Shown here piece by piece: positions 33,470-41,986 of a DNA stretch of 64,000 nucleotides. A program made the position numbers and the translations under genes. A model generated the notes under the pieces. It had not been told where the DNA came from, did not search any database, and worked only from the letters and a program-made list of their open reading frames with translations. How positions within the stretch are numbered: position 1 is the stretch's first letter; every line of letters begins with the position of its first letter. The DNA comes from Acutalibacteraceae bacterium (GTDB taxonomy: Bacteria; Bacillota; Clostridia; Oscillospirales; Acutalibacteraceae), in the NCBI GenBank assembly GCA_045652105.1, contig JAZRTP010000031.1, positions 23,011-87,010 on the forward strand, read 5' to 3'.

Positions 33470-34926
33470 TATTTGTTCTTTTCAGCGTAATCGTCAAGCA
33501 GACGCTTCTTTTCATCCCACAGCTTCTGTGAAAGGTCCACATAATAGGTGTGAGGATTTTCAAAACGCTTGACCTCCTCCCAGAGAGTGTTAACCTGTTC
33601 GTTGCAGAAAGCCTTGATGTCCTTTATGTCGGGGCTGTTGTAACAGCATTTGCCGCCCTCAAAGATCTTGACAAGCAGAGGCTTTGCATAAAAGTTTCTG
33701 ACAAGCTTTCTTTTCCAGGTGTAGTCCGGATCGAAAAGCTCATATTCCTTGCTGTCATCAATTTCCTCGTCAATGAGAGTGATTACGTCGGCAATGGCCT
33801 TGCCTGAGTCTCTGTCGAAAAGGCGGTAAACCTTCTTTGCGCAGGGAGTTGTGATTTTCTGCACATTTTCACTGAGCTTGATTCTGGGCACGGGTACACC
33901 GTTTTCTTCAACGGCAACAATTTTGTAAACACCGCCGAAAACAGGTGTTGAAGCAGCGGTGATGAGTCTTTCACCCACGCCGAAGGAGTCAACCTTTGCA
34001 CCCTGAATGAGCATATCTCTGATGATGTTTTCGTCAAGAGAGTTGCTTGCAACAATTTTGCAGTCAGGGAAGCCCGCTTCGTCAAGCATCTTTCTTGCTT
34101 TGATTGAAAGGTATGTGATGTCACCGCTGTCAATTCGGATTCCCTTGGGTCTGAAGCCGCGAGGAATAATCTCCTCGTTGAAGGCCTTGATTGCATTGGG
34201 AATGCCTGACTTGAGCACGTTGTAGGTATCAACAAGGAGGGTGCAGTTGTCGGGATACTGTCTAGCATAAGCGCGGAAGGCTTCAAGCTCGTCACCGAAA
34301 AGCTGAATCCAGGAATGAGCCATTGTGCCCACTGCGGGAACGCCGTAATCTCTTTCGTCAATTGTGCATGCCGTTGCATCGCATCCGCCGATGTAAGCGG
34401 CTCTTGCACCGTAGATTGCACCGTCATATCCCTGAGCGCGTCTTGAGCCGAATTCCATAATAATCTTGTCACCGGCAGCTCTTTTGATTCTGTTTGCCTT
34501 GGTGGCAATGAGGCTCTGGTGGTTGATTGTCAGCAGCACCATTGTTTCAATCAGCTGAGCTTCAATAACGGGGCCCTTGACTGTAATAATAGGTTCACCG
34601 GGGAAAATGGGAGTGCCTTCGGGAATTGCCCACACATCACAGCTGAAGTTGAAGTGCTTGAGATATTCAATAAAGTCCTCATTGAAGCCTTTTCTTCTGA
34701 AAAGCTCAAGGTCCTTTTGTGTAAATTTAAGGTTTTTAAGGTAATCGATAAGCTGCCTGAGACCTGCCATAATTGCAAAGCCGCCGTTGTCGGGCACCTT
34801 GCGGAAGAACATATCAAAATAAGCAACGGTATCCTTTTTGCCGTTGTTGAAATAACCGTTTGCCATTGAAAGCTCATAAAAATCCATAAGCATTGTCAGG
34901 TTTCTTGATTCAAGAGTATTACCCAT
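33469..34926 (-). CDS. pncB: Nicotinate phosphoribosyltransferase
   Basis: I prefer the ATG at 34926 (AAGAAAGAGG RBS). LTMLMDFYELSMANGYF, GSRRAQG and GTMAHSWIQ are colinear with NAPRTase. Confidence 0.85.
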   Translation of the reverse strand: MGNTLESRNLTMLMDFYELSMANGYFNNGKKDTVAYFDMFFRKVPDNGGFAIMAGLRQLIDYLKNLKFTQKDLELFRRKGFNEDFIEYLKHFNFSCDVWAIPEGTPIFPGEPIITVKGPVIEAQLIETMVLLTINHQSLIATKANRIKRAAGDKIIMEFGSRRAQGYDGAIYGARAAYIGGCDATACTIDERDYGVPAVGTMAHSWIQLFGDELEAFRAYARQYPDNCTLLVDTYNVLKSGIPNAIKAFNEEIIPRGFRPKGIRIDSGDITYLSIKARKMLDEAGFPDCKIVASNSLDENIIRDMLIQGAKVDSFGVGERLITAASTPVFGGVYKIVAVEENGVPVPRIKLSENVQKITTPCAKKVYRLFDRDSGKAIADVITLIDEEIDDSKEYELFDPDYTWKRKLVRNFYAKPLLVKIFEGGKCCYNSPDIKDIKAFCNEQVNTLWEEVKRFENPHTYYVDLSQKLWDEKKRLLDDYAEKNK

Positions 34927-35130
34927 TTTTTGACCTCTTTCTTTTGTCTGCAGATATGACAAATTTTTCTTGCAATCATTGTAGCACTTATTCGCTGAAA
35001 ATGAAAGTCTTTTTTTATTTTTTGGTTTTATAATGCTGATATGTAAATATAGTGCTTAAAACGACAAAAAGTGACCTATTATAATTATTAAAAAGCAATA
35101 TAATTTTATAACTCTATCCTGTGTATTCAG

Positions 35131-35159
35131 TTGACAAAAGAGAAATAGTATGCTAAAAT
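35131..35159 (+). promoter_or_regulatory. Sigma-A-like promoter (TTGACA-17-TAAAAT with a TGn extension) for the XRE regulator
   Basis: Hexamers and spacer counted directly. Confidence 0.6.
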
Positions 35160-35201
35160 TTAACAGTGTTAAATTATTTTTAATCTGGGAGTGTTTATAA
35201 T

Positions 35202-35450
35202 ATGAGAATCCGCAAAAAGCCTATCGGTGACAGAAACATTGTCGGCGAAAGAATCGAGAAAAAAAGAAAAGAACTCGGCATCAAGCAGATTGATCTTCTG
35301 ACTCAGCTTCAGATCAAGGGTGTTGAACTGACTGCATCAGGTCTTTCAAAGCTTGAAGGTCAGCTCAGAGGCGTTTATGATTATGAGCTTGTTGCAATTG
35401 CAGAGGTTCTCGGTGTGTCATTGGATTGGCTCGTCGGCAGAGAAGACTAA
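35202..35450 (+). CDS. XRE-family HTH transcriptional regulator (82 aa)
   Basis: VGERIEKKRKELGIKQIDLLTQL... is a typical Cro/C1-type HTH. Confidence 0.8.
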   Translation: MRIRKKPIGDRNIVGERIEKKRKELGIKQIDLLTQLQIKGVELTASGLSKLEGQLRGVYDYELVAIAEVLGVSLDWLVGRED

Positions 35451-35500
35451 CCTTCAGGCTTCCGATAAGAACTCAGGAACAACAAAAAATCAGAATTCAG

Positions 35501-35528
35501 ACCGAGTACAGTTTGTGCTCGGTTTTTT
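35501..35528 (+). terminator. Rho-independent terminator
   Basis: ACCGAGTAC-AGTTT-GTGCTCGGT followed by TTTTTGTTTT. Confidence 0.8.
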
Positions 35529-35644
35529 GTTTTACATTTTTGTCCATTACTTTAACCGTATATATTGTATTTTGTGAAAGATATGATATACTTGTTTTCA
35601 GAGTGATATTTTCACTGTGATAAAAAAATAACAGAGGTGTGTTT

Positions 35645-36955
35645 ATGAGTAACAAACCCGTAACTGCAATTATTGTCGGAGCAGGACACAGAGCTTTTGT
35701 TTACAGTGAGCTTGCAAAGGTACGCCCCGACCTTCTTGAAATTGTCGGCGTTGCCGATCCTAATCCCGTGCGCAGAAAAAAGGCAATGGAATATTTCGGC
35801 TTCTCTGAGGATATGTGCTTTGAGACAGCTCAGCAGCTTGCTGAAAAGGGCAAGCTTGCCGATGCAATCATCAACGGAACAATGGACGAGCAGCACATTG
35901 AAACTGCAGTTCCTCTTCTCAGGGCAGGCTATGATATGCTCCTTGAAAAGCCCTTTGCTGTCAATGAGCAGGAGATGAGACATCTGGTTGATGTTGCAAA
36001 GGAGAACGGCTCAAAGGTTATGATCTGTCACGTTCTGCGTTATACTCCCTTCTATTACGGCATCAAGGAGAGAATTGTCCGCGGTGAAATCGGAGACATC
36101 ATAAACATTCAGACCTCTGAGCACGTTTCTTATCATCACCTTTCAACCTCTTATGTCAGAGGAAAGTGGGCAAACAGCAAAAAGTGCCACACAACAATGC
36201 TTCTTGCAAAATGCTGCCATGACCTTGACATTATGATGTGGATGATGGCGGAGACAAAGCCCTCTCAGATAAGCTCCTTCGGCGGAAAATATCAGTTCCG
36301 TGAAGAAAATGCTCCTGAGGGTGCAGGTACGGTCTGTATGAAGGATTGTCCCCTTGTTGACGAATGCGTTTATTCAACCAAGAGACTTTATATTGATCAT
36401 CCTGACCGCTGGAGCTTTTATGTCTGGGATGCTCTTGAGCATCTTGAAAATCCGACCCTCGAGGACAAAATCAATCTGATGAAGGGTGATTCACCCTATG
36501 CAAGATGCATTTACAAATGTGACAATGATGTTGTTGACCATCAGAGTGTGCTTGTTAATTTCGAAAGCGGTGCAACGGGCACACACAACATGGTCGGAGG
36601 TTCAGCTGAGCCTCGCCGTCAGATTCACATTGTGGGCACAAAGGGTGAAATCTTCGGCAATTTTGAGGAATCAAAGTTCACTGTGCTCAAAATCAATCCC
36701 TCTCCCGATGCTCATCACGAGGAATGTGATGTTGAGGTTGTTGACCTGAAGGTCAGCGGGGATATGGTCGGTGCCTACGGCGGTCACGGAGGCGGAGACG
36801 AAAGACTTTCAGAGGATTTTGTGAAATTTATCCGCGGTGAAGAGCCCTCCCTTGCCTGCACATCAATTTTTGATTCCGTTGCAGGTCATCTGAGTGTTTA
36901 TCTTGCAGATAAGTCAAGGGAAAGCCTCGGTGAGCCTCAGAATGTGAAGCTTTGA
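35645..36955 (+). CDS. Gfo/Idh/MocA-family oxidoreductase
   Basis: N-terminal Rossmann motif AIIVGAGHRA and the EKP motif (MLLEKPFA). The ATG at 35645 is preferred over the in-frame GTG at 35639. Confidence 0.8.
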   Translation: MSNKPVTAIIVGAGHRAFVYSELAKVRPDLLEIVGVADPNPVRRKKAMEYFGFSEDMCFETAQQLAEKGKLADAIINGTMDEQHIETAVPLLRAGYDMLLEKPFAVNEQEMRHLVDVAKENGSKVMICHVLRYTPFYYGIKERIVRGEIGDIINIQTSEHVSYHHLSTSYVRGKWANSKKCHTTMLLAKCCHDLDIMMWMMAETKPSQISSFGGKYQFREENAPEGAGTVCMKDCPLVDECVYSTKRLYIDHPDRWSFYVWDALEHLENPTLEDKINLMKGDSPYARCIYKCDNDVVDHQSVLVNFESGATGTHNMVGGSAEPRRQIHIVGTKGEIFGNFEESKFTVLKINPSPDAHHEECDVEVVDLKVSGDMVGAYGGHGGGDERLSEDFVKFIRGEEPSLACTSIFDSVAGHLSVYLADKSRESLGEPQNVKL

Positions 36956-36960
36956 TTTTT

Positions 36961-36989
36961 AAAATGAGGCTGTCAAAAGCCTCATTTTT
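36961..36989 (+). terminator. Rho-independent terminator
   Basis: AAAATGAGGC-loop-GCCTCATTTT. Confidence 0.8.
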
Positions 36990-37067
36990 AGGGTGACGAG
37001 TATAATTCGAATCCGCCCGTAAAAAACGGGTTCGATTACTGTCACCCTACCTTGAAAGGAGAATATT

Positions 37068-38183
37068 ATGGACTTTAATCTTAACCTTCCCGTAAGAGTT
37101 ATAAGCGGCGAAAACTGTGTGACTGAAAATGCTTCTGTTTTCGCTTCCTTCGGCAAAAAATGCCTGATTGTAACAGGCGGAAAGAGTGCGCTTTTGTCAG
37201 GTGCTCTTAATGATTGCGAAAATGCCCTCAGAAGCGTCGGAGTGGATTTTAAGGTATATTCACAGATTGGACCCAATCCGCGCTTAGACGCCTGTTTTGA
37301 GGCTTCTGTGGCAGCTCGTGAAAATAACTGTGATTTTATCGTCGGAATCGGCGGCGGATCAGCTCTTGATGCTGCAAAAGCTGTGGCGGTTTATGCCGCA
37401 AACGAGTCCTTTGAACCGGATGATATTTACAGCTCTGCACAGCGTAAAAGAGCTCTGCCCATTCTTCTTATCGGCACCACCTCAGGCACCGGCAGTGAGA
37501 TAAGCCGAGTCAGCGTTCTGACCCATCCCGAAACGGGCAGAAAGAAGAGCATTTCACCCGAGGACTGTTATGCAGCCGTATCCTTTGCTGACAGCAGATA
37601 CACTCATTCAATGCCTTATTCCGTAACGGTGTCAACAGCTCTTGATGCAATGGCTCACGCAATTGAAGGCTATATGTCAGACAAATGCGGCTCAATTCCC
37701 ACTCTTTTCGGGGATATGGCAGTTTCTCTTATCTGGAAGGGGCTTGAGTCTCTTGCACGCACAAAGGCTCTTCCCGATGACCTTGGCAGAAAGGAGCTTT
37801 ATTACGGCTCACTTTATGCGGGTGTGGTCCTTGCTTACTGCGGCACCGCGTTCCCTCATCCTATGGGTTACATTCTGACGGAAAATTATGATGTGCCTCA
37901 CGGTATGGCCTGTGCCGCCTTTATGGACACCTTCATTGAAAGAAGTGAGAAATACAAAAGGGAAAGATTCGAACAGATGCTCAAGGCAATGGGTACAGAC
38001 AAGGACAGCTTTGTCAGAGTTATCAGAGAGCTGACGGATGTGGGGGACGTCATAATGACTCAGGCTGAGGCGGAAAAGTTCTGTGAACGCTTTGAGACAG
38101 CTCCTGCAAACTTCAAGTTTTCTCCCGGCGGCTTCACAAAAGAGGATGCCCTTGAGGATCTTGTAAAAAAATTTGTGAAATAA
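37068..38183 (+). CDS. Iron-containing (group III) alcohol dehydrogenase family protein
   Basis: GIGGGSALDAAK glycine motif and His-containing blocks (AMAHAIEG, FPHPMG). 371 aa. Confidence 0.8.
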   Translation: MDFNLNLPVRVISGENCVTENASVFASFGKKCLIVTGGKSALLSGALNDCENALRSVGVDFKVYSQIGPNPRLDACFEASVAARENNCDFIVGIGGGSALDAAKAVAVYAANESFEPDDIYSSAQRKRALPILLIGTTSGTGSEISRVSVLTHPETGRKKSISPEDCYAAVSFADSRYTHSMPYSVTVSTALDAMAHAIEGYMSDKCGSIPTLFGDMAVSLIWKGLESLARTKALPDDLGRKELYYGSLYAGVVLAYCGTAFPHPMGYILTENYDVPHGMACAAFMDTFIERSEKYKRERFEQMLKAMGTDKDSFVRVIRELTDVGDVIMTQAEAEKFCERFETAPANFKFSPGGFTKEDALEDLVKKFVK

Positions 38184-38227
38184 GATTATATTGTTAAGCT
38201 GAAGGATAAATCAGAATAATGAAATTG

Positions 38228-38262
38228 AAATCCGACGAAAAATTAAATTCGTCGGATTTTTT
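38228..38262 (+). terminator. Rho-independent terminator
   Basis: AAATCCGACGAA-loop-TTCGTCGGATTT followed by TTT. Confidence 0.85.
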
Positions 38263-38295
38263 ATCTGTCATTTTTTTTGTAAGTCCCGGGCAAAG

Positions 38296-38333
38296 AAAAA
38301 AGAGCTGTAAAAAACCTTCGTTTTTTACAGCTC
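38296..38333 (-). terminator. Rho-independent terminator of the lysozyme-like gene
   Basis: GAGCTGTAAAAAA-loop-TTTTTTACAGCTC, followed on the minus strand by TTTTTT. Confidence 0.8.
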
Positions 38334-38477
38334 AATTCAACAAATGCGTATGCTGTTATATTAAGCACAGTCTCAATTCGTAAAGCCGCTTCGGTTTAAC
38401 CGAATTATATGAGTAAGATTTTTCTTACTTGTTGCCATATATAGATTTTAGTCGTCTGTTCTGTGCATTATCCGGAC

Positions 38478-39758
38478 TTATTTGTCCGTTTTAAGTGTTA
38501 AGGTTTCAGTGGTCTTTGTCATATAGACTTCACCGTCTGTTTTGATGAATGCTTTGACACGGAATTTGTAGGTTGTGTTGCTGCTGAGATTTTTGATTGT
38601 GCAGCTTGTTTTGTCAAAGGATTTGACCGTCTTGACCTTTTTCCAGGTTTTGCCTTTTTTAACGTAAACACAATAACCCTCAGCCCATGAATACTGGCCC
38701 CATGAAAGCTTTGCGGAATTGCTTGTTACGGTGACTGCCTCAAGCTCGGTAACGCTTCTTTTTGTGAAGGACTTGATGCTGAAGGGATTCATTACCTGCT
38801 CTTTGACATAGCCGCATCTCTCGCAGGTGAAAACCTTAAGACCCTTTTTGGTGAGAGTGGGCTGTACTGTGATTTCTGATTTGAAAGCGTGAGCAGCGCA
38901 AACAACGTCAAAGACGGAAGCGTTACTCTGCTTTGTGGTGTTTGTAGCCTTATGTGTTGCCTTGACATAAACACCGTATCTGCCCTTTGAGAAGGAGCCT
39001 GCGGGGAAGCTTTTGCTGAGAGTTGAGGCTGAGAGTGTGTAGGTCTTGGCCTTGGCCCAGTCGTACTTGTTCTCGTTGTCCTTCTTCTTGGCAATGATGA
39101 GTGTGTAGTAATCAACATCCTTACCGCCGTTTGTCCAGGAAAGAGTAACAGCGCCCTTGATGTCGATCTGATTATTTTTGCTTGAGTTTTTCAGAACAGG
39201 AGCCTTGATGTCAACCTCACCGTAAGTTGACCAGTAGGTTGTCATAGCTGAGTTGCCTCTCTGAATTGACTTTTTGCTTCTCTGGGCAGGTACTTCGAAG
39301 TAGTAGCACCAGTAGTAAGCGGCGTCGTAAGCACCCTGAGCTGAGTTTGATACACCCTTAAGATAGTCAAAAATGTATTTGTAGCCTGAGCTCTTGAGCT
39401 CGGTTGCAAGATACTTAAGCTGACCGGTAATTGAAAGGTAATCATAACCGTTCTTTGAGCAGAAGGAACGAAGCTTGGAAAATCTTCCGCCGTTCCACTG
39501 GCAGATGCCGCCGCTGAGAAGTCCGTTTGTGTCTCTGATGACGCAACGGGGATTGAAATCAGATTCAGCGTCGATGTTTGCCATAATGCCGCAGGCAGCT
39601 GCAGAGTTAAGGCTTAACTCCTGAGTGAGAAACGTGTATATCTGAGTTTTGTTGTTGTTTTTGTTGCTGCTGGTTGCATTTGCTGAGAGTGGTATAATCG
39701 CGGCGAGAATAACAATAGTCACTGCAAAGAGCACTGTCTTTGTTAAAGCCTTTTTCAT
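38478..39758 (-). CDS. Secreted cell-wall hydrolase-like protein (phage-tail-lysozyme-type domain + Cys motif + FN3-like C-terminus)
   Basis: I prefer the ATG at 39758 (AGAGGTGA RBS; MKKALTKTVLFAVTIVILAAIIPLSANA signal peptide). LNSAAACGIMANIDAESDFNP matches the phage tail lysozyme motif (..a.GI.GN...ES.FNP). The Cys motif is CAAHAF...CERCGY, and the FN3-like stretch is LSWGQYSWAEGYCVYVKKG...YKFRVKAF. Confidence 0.6.
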   Translation of the reverse strand: MKKALTKTVLFAVTIVILAAIIPLSANATSSNKNNNKTQIYTFLTQELSLNSAAACGIMANIDAESDFNPRCVIRDTNGLLSGGICQWNGGRFSKLRSFCSKNGYDYLSITGQLKYLATELKSSGYKYIFDYLKGVSNSAQGAYDAAYYWCYYFEVPAQRSKKSIQRGNSAMTTYWSTYGEVDIKAPVLKNSSKNNQIDIKGAVTLSWTNGGKDVDYYTLIIAKKKDNENKYDWAKAKTYTLSASTLSKSFPAGSFSKGRYGVYVKATHKATNTTKQSNASVFDVVCAAHAFKSEITVQPTLTKKGLKVFTCERCGYVKEQVMNPFSIKSFTKRSVTELEAVTVTSNSAKLSWGQYSWAEGYCVYVKKGKTWKKVKTVKSFDKTSCTIKNLSSNTTYKFRVKAFIKTDGEVYMTKTTETLTLKTDK

Positions 39759-40134
39759 TTTATCACCTCTAATAAATTTTTGCACAACAACCGTTTCAGC
39801 AATATTAAATACGGTTGCATGCAGCAGGTTGACTGTCAGAATATCATACTCTCCATTTTTCAGAAACCTGTGCTTTGAATTTGCATAGACCGTGACGAAA
39901 CACAAAAGATCACTTTCTTATAATTTTTTGTTGTTTAGGTTAATAGGGTATTTGCGGTGTTTCGTCCGTGTCTCTGACCTTGCAGACACAAGTTATAACA
40001 GTCGATTGCCTGCTCAGGTAACACAAGGGGGAACAAATAACCGTTAATTCCGGACGGCTGTCTGCTTCTCCTTTTGTCACCTTATGGCCGTTTTCACAGC
40101 CATTTTTTTGAATTCCATATCGGCAACGTCGGCT

Positions 40135-40163
40135 ATTATATCCATTTTTGACTTCTTTGTCAA
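40135..40163 (-). promoter_or_regulatory. Sigma-A-like promoter (TTGACA-17-TATAAT) about 370 nt upstream of the lysozyme-like gene
   Basis: Both hexamers are perfect with a 17-nt spacer, read on the minus strand. Confidence 0.6.
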
Positions 40164-40290
40164 GTTTTAAACACCCGAAAAGCATTTTTTTGATTTTTGG
40201 GTACGAATAAACGGACTGTGCATATTGGGGGTTTTGTTGCACTTTGCACAAAATGAAAGCGCTTCATTTATGAAATTAGTATATCTAAAC

Positions 40291-40338
40291 AAAAAAACGG
40301 TATTTTCAGGATTTTTTCAAAAAATCTGAAAATACCGT
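40291..40338 (-). terminator. Rho-independent terminator of proS
   Basis: 12-bp outer stem ACGGTATTTTCA/TGAAAATACCGT, followed on the minus strand by TTTTTTT. Confidence 0.85.
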
Positions 40339-40389
40339 AGTTTTTTGCCTCAAAAGTGGCTTGAAATCTGGGCTTTCGGGCTTTTTGGA

Positions 40390-41841
40390 TTAATAAGCCT
40401 TGCCCCAATATACCATATGTTCTGCTTTTTTGCCGCAGCAGACACAAGTGTCAGAAATTGCCTGCTGATCAAGGGGGATACAGCGTGAGCCTACACCGGT
40501 AACTTCCTTGACTTTATCCTCACAGGCTTCGTCACCGCACCACATGGCTCTGATGAAGCCGTCACCGTTTTTCTCAATAGCAGCGGTGATTTCATCCATT
40601 GTCTTACAGCTGTAAGTTTTGTTTTCTCTGTTTTCAAGAGCCTTGTTGAAGATGCCCTCGTGAACCTGAGTGAGCTTTTCCTTGATTGTATCTGCAAGTC
40701 CTTCAAGGGGAAGGAATGACTTTTCTCTGTTGTGACGGGTAACGGCAACACACTGACCGTTTTCAATGTCACGGGGACCGAGCTCAAGTCTTACGGGAAC
40801 ACCCTTCATTTCATATTCGGCATACTTCCAGCCTGCTGACTGATTTGAATCATCAACCTTGACTCTGATGCCTGCCTTTTCAAGCTCAGCCTTAACCTCT
40901 GCAGCCTTTTCAAGTACGCCGGGCTTGTGCTGTGCAACGGGAATAATAACAACCTGAACGGGAGCAACAGCGGGAGGAAGAACAAGTCCGTTATCATCAC
41001 CGTGAGTCATAATGATTGCGCCGATGAGTCTTGTTGTAACACCCCAGGATGTCTGATGGGGATAAGCGGGCTTGTTTTCCTTGCTCTGATACTGAATGCC
41101 GAAGGCCTTTGCAAAGCCGTCACCAAAATAATGTGATGTACCTGCCTGAAGAGCCTTACCGTCGTGCATAAGAGCTTCAATTGCATAAGTTGAAACAGCG
41201 CCTGCAAACTTGTCGCTTTCGGTTTTCTTACCCTTGATTACGGGGATTGCAAGGCTCTTTTCACAGAATTCAGCATAAACGTTGAGCATCTTTTCTGTTT
41301 CAATAACAGCCTCTTCTGCAGTTGCGTGAATTGTGTGGCCTTCCTGCCAGAGAAATTCTCTTGAGCGCAGGAAGGGTCTTGTTGTCTTTTCCCAGCGGAC
41401 AACGCTTACCCACTGGTTATAAAGCTTGGGAAGGTCTCTGTGAGAGTGGATGATGTTTGCATAATGCTCACAGAAAAGAGTTTCTGAGGTGGGACGGACA
41501 CAAAGTCTTTCTTCAAGCTTTTCACTTCCGCCGTGAGTTACCCAGGCAACCTCGGGAGCAAAGCCTGCAACGTGATCCTTTTCCTTTTCAAGAAGTGATT
41601 CGGGGATGAACATGGGCATGCAGACGTTTTCGTGACCTGTTGCCTTGAACATACCGTCAAGGATTCTCTGAATGTTTTCCCAGATTGCATAGCCGTAAGG
41701 GCGGATGACCATACAGCCCTTGATGCTTGTGTATTCGACAAGCTCAGCTTTTTTGCAAATGTCTGTGTACCATTTGGCAAAATCTTCTTCCATTGAGGTA
41801 ATATCCTCAACCATTTTTTTATCGTTAGCCATAGTTTTCAA
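40390..41841 (-). CDS. proS: Proline--tRNA ligase (archaeal/eukaryote-like type with a C-terminal Zn-binding tail)
   Basis: 483 aa, class II core. The C-terminus ...[30 protein letters not shown] is typical of this ProRS type. Confidence 0.9.
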   Translation of the reverse strand: MKTMANDKKMVEDITSMEEDFAKWYTDICKKAELVEYTSIKGCMVIRPYGYAIWENIQRILDGMFKATGHENVCMPMFIPESLLEKEKDHVAGFAPEVAWVTHGGSEKLEERLCVRPTSETLFCEHYANIIHSHRDLPKLYNQWVSVVRWEKTTRPFLRSREFLWQEGHTIHATAEEAVIETEKMLNVYAEFCEKSLAIPVIKGKKTESDKFAGAVSTYAIEALMHDGKALQAGTSHYFGDGFAKAFGIQYQSKENKPAYPHQTSWGVTTRLIGAIIMTHGDDNGLVLPPAVAPVQVVIIPVAQHKPGVLEKAAEVKAELEKAGIRVKVDDSNQSAGWKYAEYEMKGVPVRLELGPRDIENGQCVAVTRHNREKSFLPLEGLADTIKEKLTQVHEGIFNKALENRENKTYSCKTMDEITAAIEKNGDGFIRAMWCGDEACEDKVKEVTGVGSRCIPLDQQAISDTCVCCGKKAEHMVYWGKAY

Positions 41842-41856
41842 CCTTTCTGAAAATAC

Positions 41857-41924
41857 ATATATATAATAGTATAGGAAAAATGGGGTAAAATGCAGAATTT
41901 TCCCGATATATATATAATAGTATA
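41857..41924 (-). repeat. Two identical 17-nt direct repeats (ATATATATAATAGTATA on the plus strand) at 41857..41873 and 41908..41924, upstream of proS
   Basis: Read directly, with a 51-nt period. On the minus strand each contains -10-like TATACT/TATTAT hexamers. Confidence 0.8.
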
Positions 41925-41933
41925 TGATTTATT

Positions 41934-41960
41934 CAACCCACAGAGTAAAACTGTGGGTTG
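41934..41960 (-). terminator. Hairpin after ileS (CAACCCACAG-loop-CTGTGGGTTG), weak U tract
   Basis: 10-bp perfect stem, but the downstream sequence is AATAAATC, so it may only attenuate read-through into proS. Confidence 0.5.
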
Positions 41961-41986
41961 ACAAGGATTAATTTTTAAGTAAGGTC

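Noticed and set aside
37006-37020. tRNA-like string TTCGAATCCGCCCG (a possible tRNA gene or tRNA-derived att site)
   Set aside because: No complementary 5' T-stem, acceptor stem or anticodon arm can be drawn on either strand. It is part of the nested hairpin described in the findings.
39940-40251. 103-aa minus-strand ORF in the gap between proS and the lysozyme-like gene
   Set aside because: It has no RBS, it spans the predicted promoter at 40135..40163, and its sequence is Cys/Lys-rich and odd. I treat the region as an untranslated leader (see finding).
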